A DNA stretch of 60,866 nucleotides, filler included, from Candidatus Tectimicrobiota bacterium (GCA_016193065.1; 11 parts of 11 records of this genome joined end to end with filler, not necessarily neighbours in it); one strand, 5' to 3'; positions 10,607 to 23,900 are shown, counted from the whole stretch's first letter. Notes: generated from the sequence alone by a model not told the origin. Made by a program: numbers and translations.

Positions 10607-11195
10607 TGTGCCCCAGCCGGCCCCTTTGTCCCCTCCTTGGCTGGAGGGGACCATCTACCTGGAGTGGATCGGAGAAGGGCGAATGGATGCCGGGCTCCTG
10701 AAAAGAATTCAAACCCACGTCGAAGAGATATTCCACTGCCGCACCCGCGTCCGAATCCGGAAGGGGAATATTCCTCTGGCCTTTGATCCAAACCGGCAGC
10801 AGCATTCTTCCACGGTAATCCTGCGCTGGCTCCTGGAAGACGTCCCCCGTGATGCCCGCAAAGTTCTGGCCATCACCGACCGGGACTTGTTCATTCCGAT
10901 TTTAACCTTTGTCTTTGGGGAGGCCCAACTGGGAGGGACGGGAGCCGTTGTCTCCACGGCCCGTCTCAAGGACGAATCCGGCGCGCAATCCGGGAATCCG
11001 GGGCTTTTCTTGAGCCGGCTGCTCAAGGAATGTTTGCACGAATTGGGTCACACGTTCGGGCTCACGCACTGTTCGAACAACGGGTGTGTCATGGAGCGGT
11101 CGAACACGGTCTTTGACGTGGATCGCAAAAAGAGCGCCCTTTGCCGGGACTGCGCCATACTTGTGGGGGATAGGGTACGGGAGGAAGGGAAATGA
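10572..11195 (+). CDS. archaemetzincin-family Zn metalloprotease (M54)
   Basis: DLFIPILTFVFGEA, HELGHTFGLTHC-x4-CVM...CRDC. Confidence 0.85.
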   Translation: MKNPSTTDSSCDVPQPAPLSPPWLEGTIYLEWIGEGRMDAGLLKRIQTHVEEIFHCRTRVRIRKGNIPLAFDPNRQQHSSTVILRWLLEDVPRDARKVLAITDRDLFIPILTFVFGEAQLGGTGAVVSTARLKDESGAQSGNPGLFLSRLLKECLHELGHTFGLTHCSNNGCVMERSNTVFDVDRKKSALCRDCAILVGDRVREEGK

Positions 11196-12556
11196 GAGAA
11201 AGGGTCAAGATCCTGGTCGTGGACGATGAGGAGATTGTGCGGGAGTCGCTCTCGGGATGGTCGGAGGAAGACGGCTACGGCGTGGGGGTGGCTCCCGACG
11301 GTCCCAGCGCCATCGAGAAGCTCAAGGGGAATGAATGGAACATCCTGCTCGTGGATCTGAAAATGCCTGGGATGGATGGATTGCAGGTTCTGGAAAACGC
11401 TCGTAAGGTTCGACCCGAGGCGGCCATCGTGATTATGACTGCGTACGCGACGGTCGATACGGCTGTACAGGCCATGAAAATGGGGGCCTATGATTACCTG
11501 GTCAAGCCGTTCGAGCCCGAAGAGCTTTCCCTGATGATCAAGAAGCTCGTAAACCAGCAAAATCTCCTCAGGGAAAACATCCTCCTGCGCAAGGCCCTCA
11601 AGCGCCAGTACCGCTTCCGGGATCTGGTGAGCAAAAGCCCCAAAATGCAGGGGATCTTCGAACTGGTGAAAACGGCGGCCAAGAGCAACTCCACGGTCCT
11701 CATCCTGGGGGAGAGCGGGACCGGGAAGGAACTTCTGGCCCGGGCCATCCATGCCGAGAGCCCGCGCTGCACCGGACCCTTTGTCGAAGTCTCCTGCGCG
11801 GCCCTCACGGAAACCCTGCTGGAAAGTGAGCTTTTCGGCCATGAAAAAGGGGCCTTTACGGACGCCGTGAGCCGCAAAAAGGGAAAGTTCGAGATGGCCC
11901 ACGGGGGGACTCTCTTCCTGGACGAGATCGGAGACATCAGCCCCAAGCTTCAGCTTGACTTGTTGCGGGTCATCGAGGAGAGAGAATTCCGGCGGGTCGG
12001 GGGCAGCGAGCTGATCAAGGTGGACGTGCGCATCATCGCGGCCACGAACCGCAACCTGAAGAAGCTTGTGGAGGAGGGAATATTCCGGGAAGACCTCTAC
12101 TACCGGCTCAACGTGATCGCCATCACCTTGCCGCCCCTGCGGGAGCGCAAAGAGGATATCCCCCTGCTGGTTGAGCACTTTCTGGGTCAGCTCGGCGTGG
12201 AGATGGAAAAAAACCTGGAGGGGGTTTCCAGGGAAGCCATGGACCTTCTCCTGTCCCGGGACTGGCCTGGAAACGTACGCGAGCTGCGAAACGTCCTGGA
12301 GAGAGGTGCCGTAGTCGGCTCGGGCGGCATTTTGCAGCCCGGCGATTTGGGCCTGCTTGGGGCCGAAGGGGACGACGGCTTTGAGGGAGCGGGGGGAGAG
12401 TCCTTGAAAGAGGTCGAACGCCATCACATCCTGGAGGTTCTCAAGCAGAATCGCTGGAACATTTCCCGGTCGGCCCGGGCCCTGGGGATCGACCGGGTGA
12501 CTCTCTACCACAAGATCAAGCGATACGGCTTGAAACCTGAGCGGGCTGTTTCGTAG
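11192..12556 (+). CDS. sigma54-dependent (NtrC/AtoC-type) response regulator
   Basis: Receiver domain, GESGTGKE, ESELFGHEKGAFTDA, FLDEIGD, WPGNVREL, Fis HTH. Confidence 0.95.
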   Translation: MRERVKILVVDDEEIVRESLSGWSEEDGYGVGVAPDGPSAIEKLKGNEWNILLVDLKMPGMDGLQVLENARKVRPEAAIVIMTAYATVDTAVQAMKMGAYDYLVKPFEPEELSLMIKKLVNQQNLLRENILLRKALKRQYRFRDLVSKSPKMQGIFELVKTAAKSNSTVLILGESGTGKELLARAIHAESPRCTGPFVEVSCAALTETLLESELFGHEKGAFTDAVSRKKGKFEMAHGGTLFLDEIGDISPKLQLDLLRVIEEREFRRVGGSELIKVDVRIIAATNRNLKKLVEEGIFREDLYYRLNVIAITLPPLRERKEDIPLLVEHFLGQLGVEMEKNLEGVSREAMDLLLSRDWPGNVRELRNVLERGAVVGSGGILQPGDLGLLGAEGDDGFEGAGGESLKEVERHHILEVLKQNRWNISRSARALGIDRVTLYHKIKRYGLKPERAVS

Positions 12557-12669
12557 AATGCACCTGCACNNNNNNNNNNNNNNNNNNNNNNNNNNNNNNN
12601 NNNNNNNNNNNNNTTAATTAATTAANNNNNNNNNNNNNNNNNNNNNNNNNNNNNNNNNNNNNNNNNNNN

Positions 12670-13341
12670 TCCGTCCACTTCAAGCTCCGCGTCAATCGCG
12701 TCCCGGGTGGTCCCGGGACTCGCGTCCACGATGACCCTCTGCTTGCCGAGCAGACTGTTGAGCAGGGAGGATTTCCCTACGTTAGGCCTGCCGAGCAAAG
12801 CAACCCGGATACCCTCCGCTGGGGCTTCCTCCTGGATGGAGACGGACTTTATCCTGGCAACAACCTCGTCCAGGAGCTCGGCGACCCCCTGCCCGTGTTC
12901 CGCGGAGACCGGTAAAAGGGGCTCTACACCCAAGGCGGAAAATTCCAGGGCGTACTTTTCCTTTTCCACTGTGTCTGTCTTGTTGATGACCACGAGGAAT
13001 GGTTTCCCGTAGTGGCGCAGAAGATCCACGATCTCCCGGTCAATTGGTGTGAGGCCCTCGTTCAAATCAAAAACGGCGAGGACCAGGTCCGCTTCCTCCA
13101 CGGCCAGCAAGGTCTGTTCCAGGACCTGGGAATACAGGCCCTCTTGGGCGGGTCCCTCAAACCCTCCCGTGTCCACCACGACGAACGGTGTCCCTTGCCA
13201 TGAGATCGGTCCGTAATGGCGGTCTCGCGTTACCCCGGGTAGAGCCTCCACCAGGGCAGCGCGGCGGCCGATGATGCGGTTGAACAGGGTTGACTTGCCG
13301 ACATTCGGTCTTCCCACAATGGCAACGATTGGCTTTCTCAC
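12670..13341 (-). CDS. der: ribosome biogenesis GTPase Der/EngA (3'-partial)
   Basis: Tandem GRPNVGKS motifs, GVTRDR, DTGG, NKTD. Confidence 0.95.
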
Positions 13342-13455
13342 GGGTCCCCTTGCCTAGAAACTGCTTTAAGTTCCAAGGAATAAACCTTTATGGCTATTAT
13401 ACCTGAATGAGGGTAGGGAGTCAGATCATCCGGGTACCGAACCGGTGGAGGGACC

Positions 13456-14637
13456 TCAGTTCGCGCGGCTTGTCACCCGCTTGGATTCTTGTAGGAACAT
13501 CTCAATGCCCTGGACGATTCCCTGGGCCAGCGCCTGCCGGTAAGCATCCTTCCTGAGGAGCTTTTCTTCTTCCAAGTTGGTGATGAAAGAAACTTCGGTC
13601 AGGACGGCGGGCATCTCGGCTCCGACGAGGACGTAGAAAAGAGCCTCGCGGATTCCCAGATCCGAGCCGTTGTGGTTCAGTGACCGGGTTTCGTTGACCA
13701 TGGCGCTTTGGACGGTCTGCGCCAGGAGGATTGACTCGTTGCTCTTGCTGGTCAGGACGAGATCTTTGAGGATGAGTTCGACCTCGCTCAGCTTGCGTCG
13801 GGAGGTCTTGTTCTCTCGGGCGGCCAGTTCCACTGCATCCTGGTCGGGGTTCATCCCCAGGCGGTAAGTCGAGATCCCTCTGGCCGTCTTTTTCGTGTTG
13901 GCGTTGGCGTGGATCGAAACGAAAAGGTCCGCCTTGTGGGAGTTGGCAATGGCCGTGCGCTCCTCCAGGGGTATGAACACATCCCCGCTTCGGGTGAGGA
14001 GGGTCTCGTAGCGACCGGTGGCGTCCAGGAGACGTTTCACCCGAAGGGAAATGTCGAGGACGACCTCCTTTTCCTCGAGCCTCCCGGGCCCGATGGCCCC
14101 CGGATCCTTGCCGCCGTGACCGGGGTCGATGACGATCTTGAGACGCCTTGCGGCAGTCCTCGCCTCCCCTACTTGGTCGGAGGGGGCCTTGCCATCCTTG
14201 CGCTTCACCTCAATAATGAGACGCGGCGGGTCCGGCAAAGAAAAGATCCGGTGCTCCCCCGGGCCGGCCAGATCGAGAACCACCCTGACCACTCCGGGCC
14301 TGTTTTCCGCCAGCCTGGCCTGGTCGATGATCCCATCGCCAATGGAGACAGTCTTCCAGGAAAGGGGGCGGGAGAGGTTGACTCCGAAGAGATCCACGTA
14401 AAGCCGAGGAGGATCGGACAGCCTGTGCCCTTCGAAGGGGACTTGCGCTTCCAGGTCAATCACGACTCGGGACGAGGATGAAGTGGGCTGATGGCGGATT
14501 CCGGTGATCCGGATCGGTTCACTTGTTCCAGAGGGCGGGTTGGGGCGGGGGGCGGCTGCTGCCTCGTCGATCTGCAGCCCCGCGAGAAGGAGCCCGAGCA
14601 CTATGAGAAAGGGTACGATCTTGCCTGGGTGCTTCAC
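13456..14637 (-). CDS. N-acetylmuramoyl-L-alanine amidase with AMIN domain
   Basis: Signal peptide, AMIN-like RVVLDL, IDPGHGGKDPGA, FVSIHAN, PAVLTEVSFITN. Confidence 0.92.
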   Translation of the reverse strand: MKHPGKIVPFLIVLGLLLAGLQIDEAAAAPRPNPPSGTSEPIRITGIRHQPTSSSSRVVIDLEAQVPFEGHRLSDPPRLYVDLFGVNLSRPLSWKTVSIGDGIIDQARLAENRPGVVRVVLDLAGPGEHRIFSLPDPPRLIIEVKRKDGKAPSDQVGEARTAARRLKIVIDPGHGGKDPGAIGPGRLEEKEVVLDISLRVKRLLDATGRYETLLTRSGDVFIPLEERTAIANSHKADLFVSIHANANTKKTARGISTYRLGMNPDQDAVELAARENKTSRRKLSEVELILKDLVLTSKSNESILLAQTVQSAMVNETRSLNHNGSDLGIREALFYVLVGAEMPAVLTEVSFITNLEEEKLLRKDAYRQALAQGIVQGIEMFLQESKRVTSRAN

Positions 14638-14660
14638 CCTTGCCTGGTCCCCCCGCTCTG

Positions 14661-15854
<1,194 letters not shown>

Positions 15855-15858
<4 letters not shown>

Positions 15859-17048
15859 TTCTCCCCCACGTATTCGTAAAGGCCTGCTTCTTTGCGCAGA
15901 ATCTCCACCTTGTCGGTCTTCTCCCAGGTAAATTCCGGTTCGCTGCGGCCGAAGTGCCCGTAGACAGCGGTCTTGCGGAAAATGGGACGGCGCAGGTTCA
16001 GGGCTTTGATGATGCCGGCCGGCGTGAGCGGGAAAGTGCTGCGGACGAGGGTTTCGATCCTCTCCGGGGCAATCTTGCTGGTCCCGAAGGAGTCCACCAT
16101 GAGCGACACGGGATCCGCCACGCCGATGGCGTAAGCCAGTTGGACCTCGCAGTGGTCGCAGATGCCGGCCGCCACCAGGTTCTTGGCAATATAGCGCGCC
16201 ATGTAGGAAGCGGAGCGGTCCACTTTGCTGGGATCCTTTCCGGAAAAGGCTCCTCCTCCGTGGCTGCCGACCCCCCCGTAGGTGTCCACGATGATCTTGC
16301 GTCCGGTGAGGCCGCAGTCTCCCATGGGGCCTCCAATGACGAAACGCCCGGTGGGATTCACGTGTACGACAACCTCTTTGAAATCGATCAGGTGAGCAGG
16401 AATCGTCGGTTTGATCACCTGCTGGATGACATCCTCCCGGATCTGCAAGAGGTCTACCTCGGGGCTATGTTGGGTTGATACCACCAGGGTGGTTACCCGC
16501 AGGGGGTGGCTGTTCTCGTACTCAATGGTGACCTGGGTTTTACCGTCAGGCCGCAGGTACGGGAGGATCTCCTTTTTGCGGACATGGGCCAATCTCTGGG
16601 CCAGCTTGTGGGCCAGGGTGATCGGCAGGGGCATGAGTTCCTCGGTCTCGTTGGTCGCATAACCGAACATGATTCCCTGATCCCCGGCGCCCTGCTCCTG
16701 GTGGAGTCCCTCGCCCTCGGTCACCCCTTGGGAGATGTCCGGGGATTGCTCGTGGATCGAGGTGATTACCGAGCAGGTCTCACTGTCAAAGCCGTATTTT
16801 GCCCGCGTATACCCCACATCTCGGATCGTGTCCCGCGCCACCTGGGGGATGTCCGCGTAGGAAGACGTGGTGATCTCCCCTGCCACGAAGACGAGGCCGG
16901 TGGCCACGAGCGTTTCGCAGGCCACGCGGCCGTACGGGTCCTTTGCGTAGATGGCATCCAGAACCGCATCGGAGATCTGGTCCGCAATCTTGTCGGGGTG
17001 CCCCTCGGTCACCGACTCCGACGAGAACAAAAATCGCTGGGATCGCAT
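15855..17048 (-). CDS. metK: S-adenosylmethionine synthetase
   Basis: [38 protein letters not shown] at 17048 after GGAGGAG. Confidence 0.97.
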
Positions 17049-17173
17049 TCTTACTCCTCCGCCTATGGGGGTCCAAATCCAAAAGTAAAGCAACCGTTCA
17101 CTCTTCGCGACATCCGGAAAGGCGCGCCAATGGTAACACAATTGGCGACCGGGTGCAAACCCGGCGGGGGAGG

Positions 17174-18910
17174 TCAGTGAAAGCGCAGACCGAAACGCCG
17201 GGAGGCTTCCTGTTTCAGGTAATCTCTGACCTCTGCGCCCGTGGGCAGATGGAGGGTTTGGGCGGCAACCTCCCGGGCTCCGGAAAACGAAAGAGAACGC
17301 AAGACCTGCTTCATCCTGGGGATGAAGAGAGGATTCATGCTGAGCTCGTCCAGCTCCAGCCCCAGAAGAATGATGGCATTCAAGGGGTCTCCGCTCATTT
17401 CCCCGCAAAGGTCGACCCAGAGTCCCCGGTTGTGGGCGGCTTGAACCACGGAATGGATGCTCCTCAGGATGCTGGGATGAAGGGGGTCGTAGAGGTAGGC
17501 TACCTCTTCGTTGACCCGGTCAATGGCGAGGCTGTACTGGCTTAAGTCGTTCGTGCCGATGCTGAAGAAGTCTGACTCCCGAGCCAGAAGATCTGCGATG
17601 ACGACGGCGGAGGGAGTTTCGATCATCACCCCGACCTTCAGGTCGGAATCGAATGGAATGCCCGAATGCCGCAGCTCTTCTGCCGTTTCGGCGAGAATTT
17701 CCCGGGCCCGACGCAGCTCCTCGACCCCGGAGATCAGCGGGAACATGAGCCTCAACTTTCCATAATGACTGGCCCGCAGAATGGCCCGGAGCTGGGCTTT
17801 GAAAAGGGCAATTTCCTTCAGGCAGAAGCGGATGGCCCGGAGCCCCAGGGCCGGGTTGAGCCCTCCACCAAGCGGAGGAGGAGAGAGAAATTTGTCCCCC
17901 CCTAGATCCACAGTCCGGATGACGGCGAAATGTGGATGGACCATCTGGGCGATCTTTCGGTATTCCTGGAACTGCTCTTCCTCGGAGGGCAGGGTGCGGC
18001 GGTTGATGAACAGGTATTCGGTCCGGAACAGCCCGACCCCCTGGGCGCCATAAGTGAGGGCTGTCTCGACCTCCTTCGCGTATTCAATATTGGCGGCGAG
18101 AATGATCTCCTTGCCGTCGAGGGTTCTGGGGGGTAGGTCCCTGAGCTCTTCGAGCTCATCCATTTGCGTGCGCAGGCGCACTTGCTTCGCCTTGTAGAAC
18201 TCCAGCACATCCTGGCTTGGGCTGAGAATGACGATGCCCTCGTCCCCGTCAATCAAAATCAAATCTCCGGTCTCGATTCTTTCGGAAATGTTCTTGAGGC
18301 CCACGACCGCGGGGATTTCCAGGGCCCGAGCCATGATGGCCGTGTGGGAGGTGGCGCTGCCTATGTCCGTGGCGAATCCCAGGACCTTTTCCTTGGTGAG
18401 CTGCAACGTGTCGGCGGGGGTCAGGTCATGAGAGATCAGGATGACCGGCTCCTTGAAGCCGGCCAGGAGGTCGGGCGCCTGGCCCAGCAGGTTGTGGAGA
18501 ATCCGCCCGCCGACCTGCTCTACATCCCGGCGCCGCTCCTTGATGTACTCGTCGGCCACCTCGTCAAAGACCTTGATGAAGTGATCGAGGGCTCTCCTGA
18601 GGGCCCATTCGGCATTGATGCGAAACTGGGAGATCGCTTCCGTTGCGGTCTTGACGAAGGTGGGATCGTCCAGGATCAGGATGTGGGTGTCCAGGATGTA
18701 GGTGTGCTCCTGTCCGAGGTTGCGGACCAGGTGTGCGGAGATGGAAACGAGCTGGGAGCGGGAGCGGTCCACGGCCTCATGGAGGCGGGCGATTTCCGCT
18801 TCCACCTGTTCCGGGGAGATGGGGTACTCGGGAATCTCCATGGCGGGGCCGCGGAGAACGGCCGATTTGCCCCACACCACGCCGGGTGAAACGCCGATCC
18901 CCTTGAGCAT
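17174..18910 (-). CDS. ptsI: PTS enzyme I
   Basis: [47 protein letters not shown]. Confidence 0.96.
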   Translation of the reverse strand: MLKGIGVSPGVVWGKSAVLRGPAMEIPEYPISPEQVEAEIARLHEAVDRSRSQLVSISAHLVRNLGQEHTYILDTHILILDDPTFVKTATEAISQFRINAEWALRRALDHFIKVFDEVADEYIKERRRDVEQVGGRILHNLLGQAPDLLAGFKEPVILISHDLTPADTLQLTKEKVLGFATDIGSATSHTAIMARALEIPAVVGLKNISERIETGDLILIDGDEGIVILSPSQDVLEFYKAKQVRLRTQMDELEELRDLPPRTLDGKEIILAANIEYAKEVETALTYGAQGVGLFRTEYLFINRRTLPSEEEQFQEYRKIAQMVHPHFAVIRTVDLGGDKFLSPPPLGGGLNPALGLRAIRFCLKEIALFKAQLRAILRASHYGKLRLMFPLISGVEELRRAREILAETAEELRHSGIPFDSDLKVGVMIETPSAVVIADLLARESDFFSIGTNDLSQYSLAIDRVNEEVAYLYDPLHPSILRSIHSVVQAAHNRGLWVDLCGEMSGDPLNAIILLGLELDELSMNPLFIPRMKQVLRSLSFSGAREVAAQTLHLPTGAEVRDYLKQEASRRFGLRFH

Positions 18911-18919
18911 CTGCCCTCC

Positions 18920-19189
18920 TCAATCATGCTCGCCGAACTTGCCGTTCACCAGGTCAACGAGCGCCTTGACCGCCTCTTCTTCATCTTCCCCACCGGCGCT
19001 GATCTTCACTGTGGCGCCCTCAGCCGCAGCCAGCATCAGAATGCCCATGATGCTCTTCCCGTTGGCCTGCTGCCCTCCCCTCTCCAGGGTGATGCCCGAG
19101 CGGAACCCAGTGGCCAGCTTGACGAATTTCGCGGCAGCACGGGCATGGAGTCCGAGTCTGTTTCGTATGGTCGCCTCGGCGGTGTGCAC
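18920..19189 (-). CDS. ptsH: phosphocarrier protein HPr
   Basis: NRLGLHARAA, ANGKSIMGILML. Confidence 0.95.
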   Translation of the reverse strand: MHTAEATIRNRLGLHARAAAKFVKLATGFRSGITLERGGQQANGKSIMGILMLAAAEGATVKISAGGEDEEEAVKALVDLVNGKFGEHD

Positions 19190-19297
19190 GGATCTTCCTC
19201 TCGTTTGCCGGACAAAGATGGGTCCGGTTGATTGCTGGGGCTTCGGAAGGTTCCGGCAGGAAAGGGAAATCAGCCGGGAGGGACCATGGGCCTCCGG

Positions 19298-19723
19298 TCA
19301 GGATTTCTCCTTTTCCCCTTCTTTCTTGCGGGACAGCAGGCTGCTGGCCACGGAGATGTGCTTTTGCCCGTATTCCCGAATGAATTCCGCCATCTCGCGC
19401 AGGTTACCGGTCCCGCGGTAAAACGGGAGCTTGATCAACATGGGGAGATTGACTCCCGAGACCACTTCCACATTCCTTTCCCCGAGGAAAGAAAGACTCA
19501 GGTTTGAGGAAGTCCCGCCGAACATGTCGGTGAAAATGAGAGCTCCTTCCCCCTGATCCACGGCGTCCAGTGCCGCCGCAATTTTCGCGCGCCCCGATTC
19601 GGGGTTGTCTTTGGAATTGATGGAAACCGCCAGGGTATTTTCCAGGGGTCCCACGACGAGCTCGGCCGCCTTCAAAAGTTCCTGAGCCAGATTGCCATGG
19701 CAGATGATCACTGTGCCGATCAT
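19298..19723 (-). CDS. PTS EIIA (mannose/fructose type)
   Basis: VIICHG, TDMFGGTSSN, SGVNLPMLI. Confidence 0.92.
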   Translation of the reverse strand: MIGTVIICHGNLAQELLKAAELVVGPLENTLAVSINSKDNPESGRAKIAAALDAVDQGEGALIFTDMFGGTSSNLSLSFLGERNVEVVSGVNLPMLIKLPFYRGTGNLREMAEFIREYGQKHISVASSLLSRKKEGEKEKS

Positions 19724-19736
19724 GGAGCCTCTCCCC

Positions 19737-20603
19737 CTATTCCTTGTTAATGTCCCGGTGATAGAGGATCGTAGCGTACCCCAGCTTGTCGATCAACGAC
19801 TTCAGCGACTCACCGATGCTGACGGAGCGATGTTTCCCGCCCGTGCAGCCCAGGGCGATGGTGAGATAAGTTTTCCCTTCCTTTTCGTAAAACGGGAGCA
19901 GGTAGGAGATCAGGTCGTACAGGCGGTGTAGAAAGGTCTGGGACGTTTCCGGAGAAAGAACGTAGTCTCGGACCTTCGGGTGCTGCCCCGTCAAGGGTCG
20001 CAGTTCCTCGACGAAGTGCGGGTTCGGCAGGAACCGGACATCAAACACCAGGTCCGCGTTGTACGGGAGCCCGTGCTTGTAGCCGAAGGAAATGATGGAA
20101 ATGGTGGGGCTCTTCTGGCGATCACGGGAGCCATAGCGGGTGATCAGCAGGTCCCGGAGCTGGTGCGGGGTGTAGTCCGAAGTATCGATGATCTCGTCGG
20201 CTTGTTCCCGGATGTCCCGCAGCATCTGGGTTTCGAGGCGGATCCCCTCCAGGACTGAAATCGACTCGGCCAGGGGATGTTTGCGACGGGTTTCATTGTA
20301 GCGCCGCAGCAATGCCTCCTCGCTCGATTCCAGGAACAGGATCTTCACATCATGTCCTTGTTCGCGCAGCTTTTGGACGTTGCTGAAGATCTGGGGGAAG
20401 AATTCCCGTTCCCGGACGTCGAGGACGACGGCGATGCGGCCCATTCCGGTGTCTGCCTGGGCGCACAGGATCGCAAAGGTCGGCAGCAAGCTGGGGGGAA
20501 GGTTGTCGACGCAGAAATAACCGAGATCTTCGAAGGCCTTGATGGCTACGCTCTTCCCGGAACCCGAAAGGCCGCTCACGACGAGTACGGAAATCGGATG
20601 CAT
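19737..20603 (-). CDS. rapZ: RNase adapter RapZ
   Basis: SGLSGSGKS, CVDNLPP, FDVRFLPNP, GCTGGKHRSV. Confidence 0.95.
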   Translation of the reverse strand: MHPISVLVVSGLSGSGKSVAIKAFEDLGYFCVDNLPPSLLPTFAILCAQADTGMGRIAVVLDVREREFFPQIFSNVQKLREQGHDVKILFLESSEEALLRRYNETRRKHPLAESISVLEGIRLETQMLRDIREQADEIIDTSDYTPHQLRDLLITRYGSRDRQKSPTISIISFGYKHGLPYNADLVFDVRFLPNPHFVEELRPLTGQHPKVRDYVLSPETSQTFLHRLYDLISYLLPFYEKEGKTYLTIALGCTGGKHRSVSIGESLKSLIDKLGYATILYHRDINKE

Positions 20604-20612
20604 CTCTTGCCC

Positions 20613-20827
20613 TCACTCCCCTGGCGGAGGATCACCCCGGGATTCCAGAAGTTGAGCCAGAAGCTTGCGGTCCAGCTCCTGGGCGGAGTGGTAGCCCATC
20701 AGTTTGAGGAGGTGGTTTCGCGCGGCCACTTCGATAATCGTAGGGATGTTTCGCCCGGGCCGCACGGGTGTTCTCAGGTAGGGAAGAGAAATCTCGAGGA
20801 TCTCATACTTTTCCTCGTCCAGCCCCA
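20613..20827 (-). CDS. hprK: HPr kinase/phosphorylase C-terminus (5'-partial; absent from ORF track)
   Basis: Manual translation GLDEEKYEILEISLPYLRTPVRPGRNIPTIIEVAARNHLLKLMGYHSA; lies upstream of rapZ. Confidence 0.9.
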
Positions 20828-20927
20828 NNNNNNNNNNNNNNNNNNNNNNNNNNNNNNNNNNNNNNNNNNNNTTAATTAATTAANNNNNNNNNNNNNNNNN
20901 NNNNNNNNNNNNNNNNNNNNNNNNNNN

Positions 20928-23900
20928 CAAGAATGACCCGTGTCTTTAGACGTCTTGTGGGCGCCTCGGCGACGCCGGGAACGAGTTATGGCGAGTGGGG
21001 AAAGTATGGTGGTTGGGATCTCGCCATCGTTGACATGGGCGAGAAAGGCCCAAATGCTCTGGCCTTTCCGGGGGGGATCGTGGCGTTTGACCGGAGACTT
21101 GCGGACCTTCCCGATGAGCAAGTGGCCTTCATTCTCGCACATGAGATTTCGCACTCCATTTTGTGTCACCCATTTTTGGGTGAAGAATTTCGAAAGGGGG
21201 ATCTGAATGTAAAGCGGATTGTGGACAATGTATGGGGGGTCGGCATTGCCCCAGCGCTAGAGAAGATGGCTGACGAGCGGGGCATATGGTTGATGCGGAA
21301 CGCGGGGTTCGACCCCGAAAAAGGGATCAAGTGGCTTGAAGAACAGGCAAGAAAGGAACCGAAATTTCTGAAGTGGGTGAACCGACACGTCATCGGAACG
21401 CACCCGTCCCCTGACGAAAGACTTAAAGCCGCCAGAGAGAGAATCGAAGGATTGAAGCCCAAGGTCGAGACCAGCGGTAGCCGATCGCAGGCCGCCCAGT
21501 CGGCTCAGCAGGTTTCCCCGACAGCGTCGCAGCCGACACTTCAATCCCAGCCTGAGCCATCCATAGGCAAACCAGCCCAACCAACTTGGCCGAAAGTAAG
21601 AGAGAAGCTTGAAGAGTTCGTTCCAGCGCTAAAGCAGTCTCCGCCCCCCGTGCTGAGCAGTATCGTGCCCTCCTCCGGAGCACCCGGAATACGAGTGCGA
21701 ATTCAGGGAAAGGACCTTAACCCGCCAGGTGCGATGATCCAGTCGCGCGTGATCTTTGAGTCCGCTGGCAGGAGAATGAACGCTGAGGTCGTTCCCCCAC
21801 TGAGTGAAACCCAAATCGAGGCAGTTGTTCCCCCTGGCAGCGGGGCCGTGGACGTTCNNTCACGTGGAAACAGTGAGCGGATCGAGCAGCAAGCTCAAGT
21901 TCAATTACCTCAAGCCACGAATCACAGAGGTGCGTCCAGCGTCCGGGGAGCGAGGCCGAGAAGTGGAGCTAGTCGGAGAGAATTTCGGAATAAAGGGGCA
22001 GGACTTTAGTGTTTTTTCGGTAGGGTTCGGTGAGTCATTACCTCAAGCCATTTCCTGGGACGATAGGCGCATAGTCGTCAAGGCTCCAATGGATTTCGGG
22101 ACAGGCACCAATTTGAAGATCGTATTTGGGTCTCTCGGTTGCATTGTGGATCAATTCGGCGGTCTGAGCAAAGCTGCAGAATTCCTTGTAGATCTTGCAA
22201 TCCCAGGGTGCCCGGATCTTATTGAGAATATCTGGAAGAGGTATCGACTGAGAGTGAGGCCTGGGTTTATGGAGCGGGAAGTGAAGGTCTCAGTCAAAAC
22301 ATCCGCAGGGACGAGCAATGAACGTAGCTACACCTATCAGGTGCGTGCCGAGATCCGGAGCCGACCGAGTCAGCCGCAGATCGCGCAGGGCGGGCAACCG
22401 ACTGCCCCTGGTGCAACTTCAGCCGGGCCACCAACAAATGTTCCACCGGCTGGCTCCATTTCCAGCGGACCCATGGGGATCGCGCCTTCTGGTCCAGCGC
22501 CTACGGCTTCTCGGGTCCCATCTCAAGCCCCGCCGAGCCAGACCCCACCAGGGCTACAGGCACAACCCGCGCAACCTCAGTCTGGCCCTCCCGCGCCTGA
22601 TCCTCAGCTCCTCGCCCAAGTGCAACAGGTGCGCACGGCGTGGCAGCAACTCAACGCCCAGGTCAATCAGTTGCCGAACCTCCAACCGGCGGACCGCACC
22701 ACCCTCAGCCAGGACCTCCAGCGGGGCAGCCAGGCCCTCGACGCGGCGGAGGCCGCGGCCCAACGAGGCGATCGGGCCACCATGAACGTCCACCTTAACC
22801 AAACTCAGCAGGCGCTGGATGCTGCCCGCCAACGCCTGACCCAGATCGCCTCCCGTCCCACTCCCACAACGCCGCCACCACCGAGCGCTGCTCACCCGCA
22901 GCCTGTCCTACCGCCTCAGCGCGTCGCACCGACCACGCCCCAGCCAATGCCCCAACCCCCGCTGATCCAGACCCAACCGGGGAAACCGGCTCAACCAATG
23001 CCGCCTCAAATACCCACCCCCACCGCCGATCCGCAGCTCGTGGCCCAGGTGCAACAAGTCCGTAATGCGTGGCAGCAGCTCAATGCGCAGGTAAGTCAGA
23101 CGCCGAACCTGCAGCCCGAGGATCGAGCCGCGCTAGCCCAAGACATGCAGCGGGGCAGCCAGGCCCTCGACGCCGCGGAGGCTGCTGCCAAACATGGTGA
23201 CCGAGGGACCACGCAAAAGCAGCTAGGCCAGGTGCAGCAGGCCCTGGCCTCCGCCAGCCAGCGCCTCAGCGAGATCGCGCGGCGCCCCGCCCCTGCGCCT
23301 CAGCAACCACCCCGGGCTGGCCCCGCGAGCCCGCCACCGGCACCCGCGCCATCGCCGACGCCCGATCCCCAGCTCTTTGCCCAAGTGCAGCAGCTCCGCA
23401 CGGCGTGGCAGCAGATCAACACGCAGGTCACTCAGATGCCGAACCTCCAGCCCCAGGATCGTGCCTCCCTGATCCAAGACCTCCAGCGGGGCAGCCAAGC
23501 CATTGACGGGGCGGAGGCCGCGGCCCGACGGGGCGATCGGGCCACCGTGCAGGCGCAGCTCGCGCATGCACAACAGGTCTTAGGAGCAGTCAGCCAGCGC
23601 CTCAGCCAGATCGTCCAGCGCGCCGCCGCACCACAGCAGACTCCCCGCGCCAGTCCACCGAGCGCGCCTCCGCCTCAAGCAACGCTCTCACCGCCTGGGC
23701 CCTTTTCCCTCAGCGCCACAACCCGCTGCTCGGCCGCTCAGCCGGAGGTGGTCCTTTCGTGGAATGCCTCGCCCGGCGCTAAGGCCTACGCACTTCTTCG
23801 TAATGGCCAGCTTTACCGTGACTTCACCTATGTAGGAACCAGCTTGGCCTTTGTCAACCAGGGGGTGGTGGGCGGCACCCGGTACACCTACGTCGTACGC

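Noticed and set aside
11048..12511. 487-aa minus-strand ORF, and similar long antisense ORFs elsewhere (e.g. 8939-9922, 14640-15563, 37840-38811)
   Set aside because: Shadows of well-supported genes in GC-rich DNA, with no motifs.
17049..17173. SAM/SAH riboswitch upstream of metK-ahcY
   Set aside because: No recognisable aptamer consensus by eye; an Rfam scan would be needed.
21858..21859. Programmed frameshift in the M48 gene
   Set aside because: NN with duplicated flanking bases is a scaffolding artefact.
22596..23621. Repeats as a CRISPR array or DGR template
   Set aside because: In-frame protein repeats of about 260 bp; no spacer structure, no cas gene and no reverse transcriptase.
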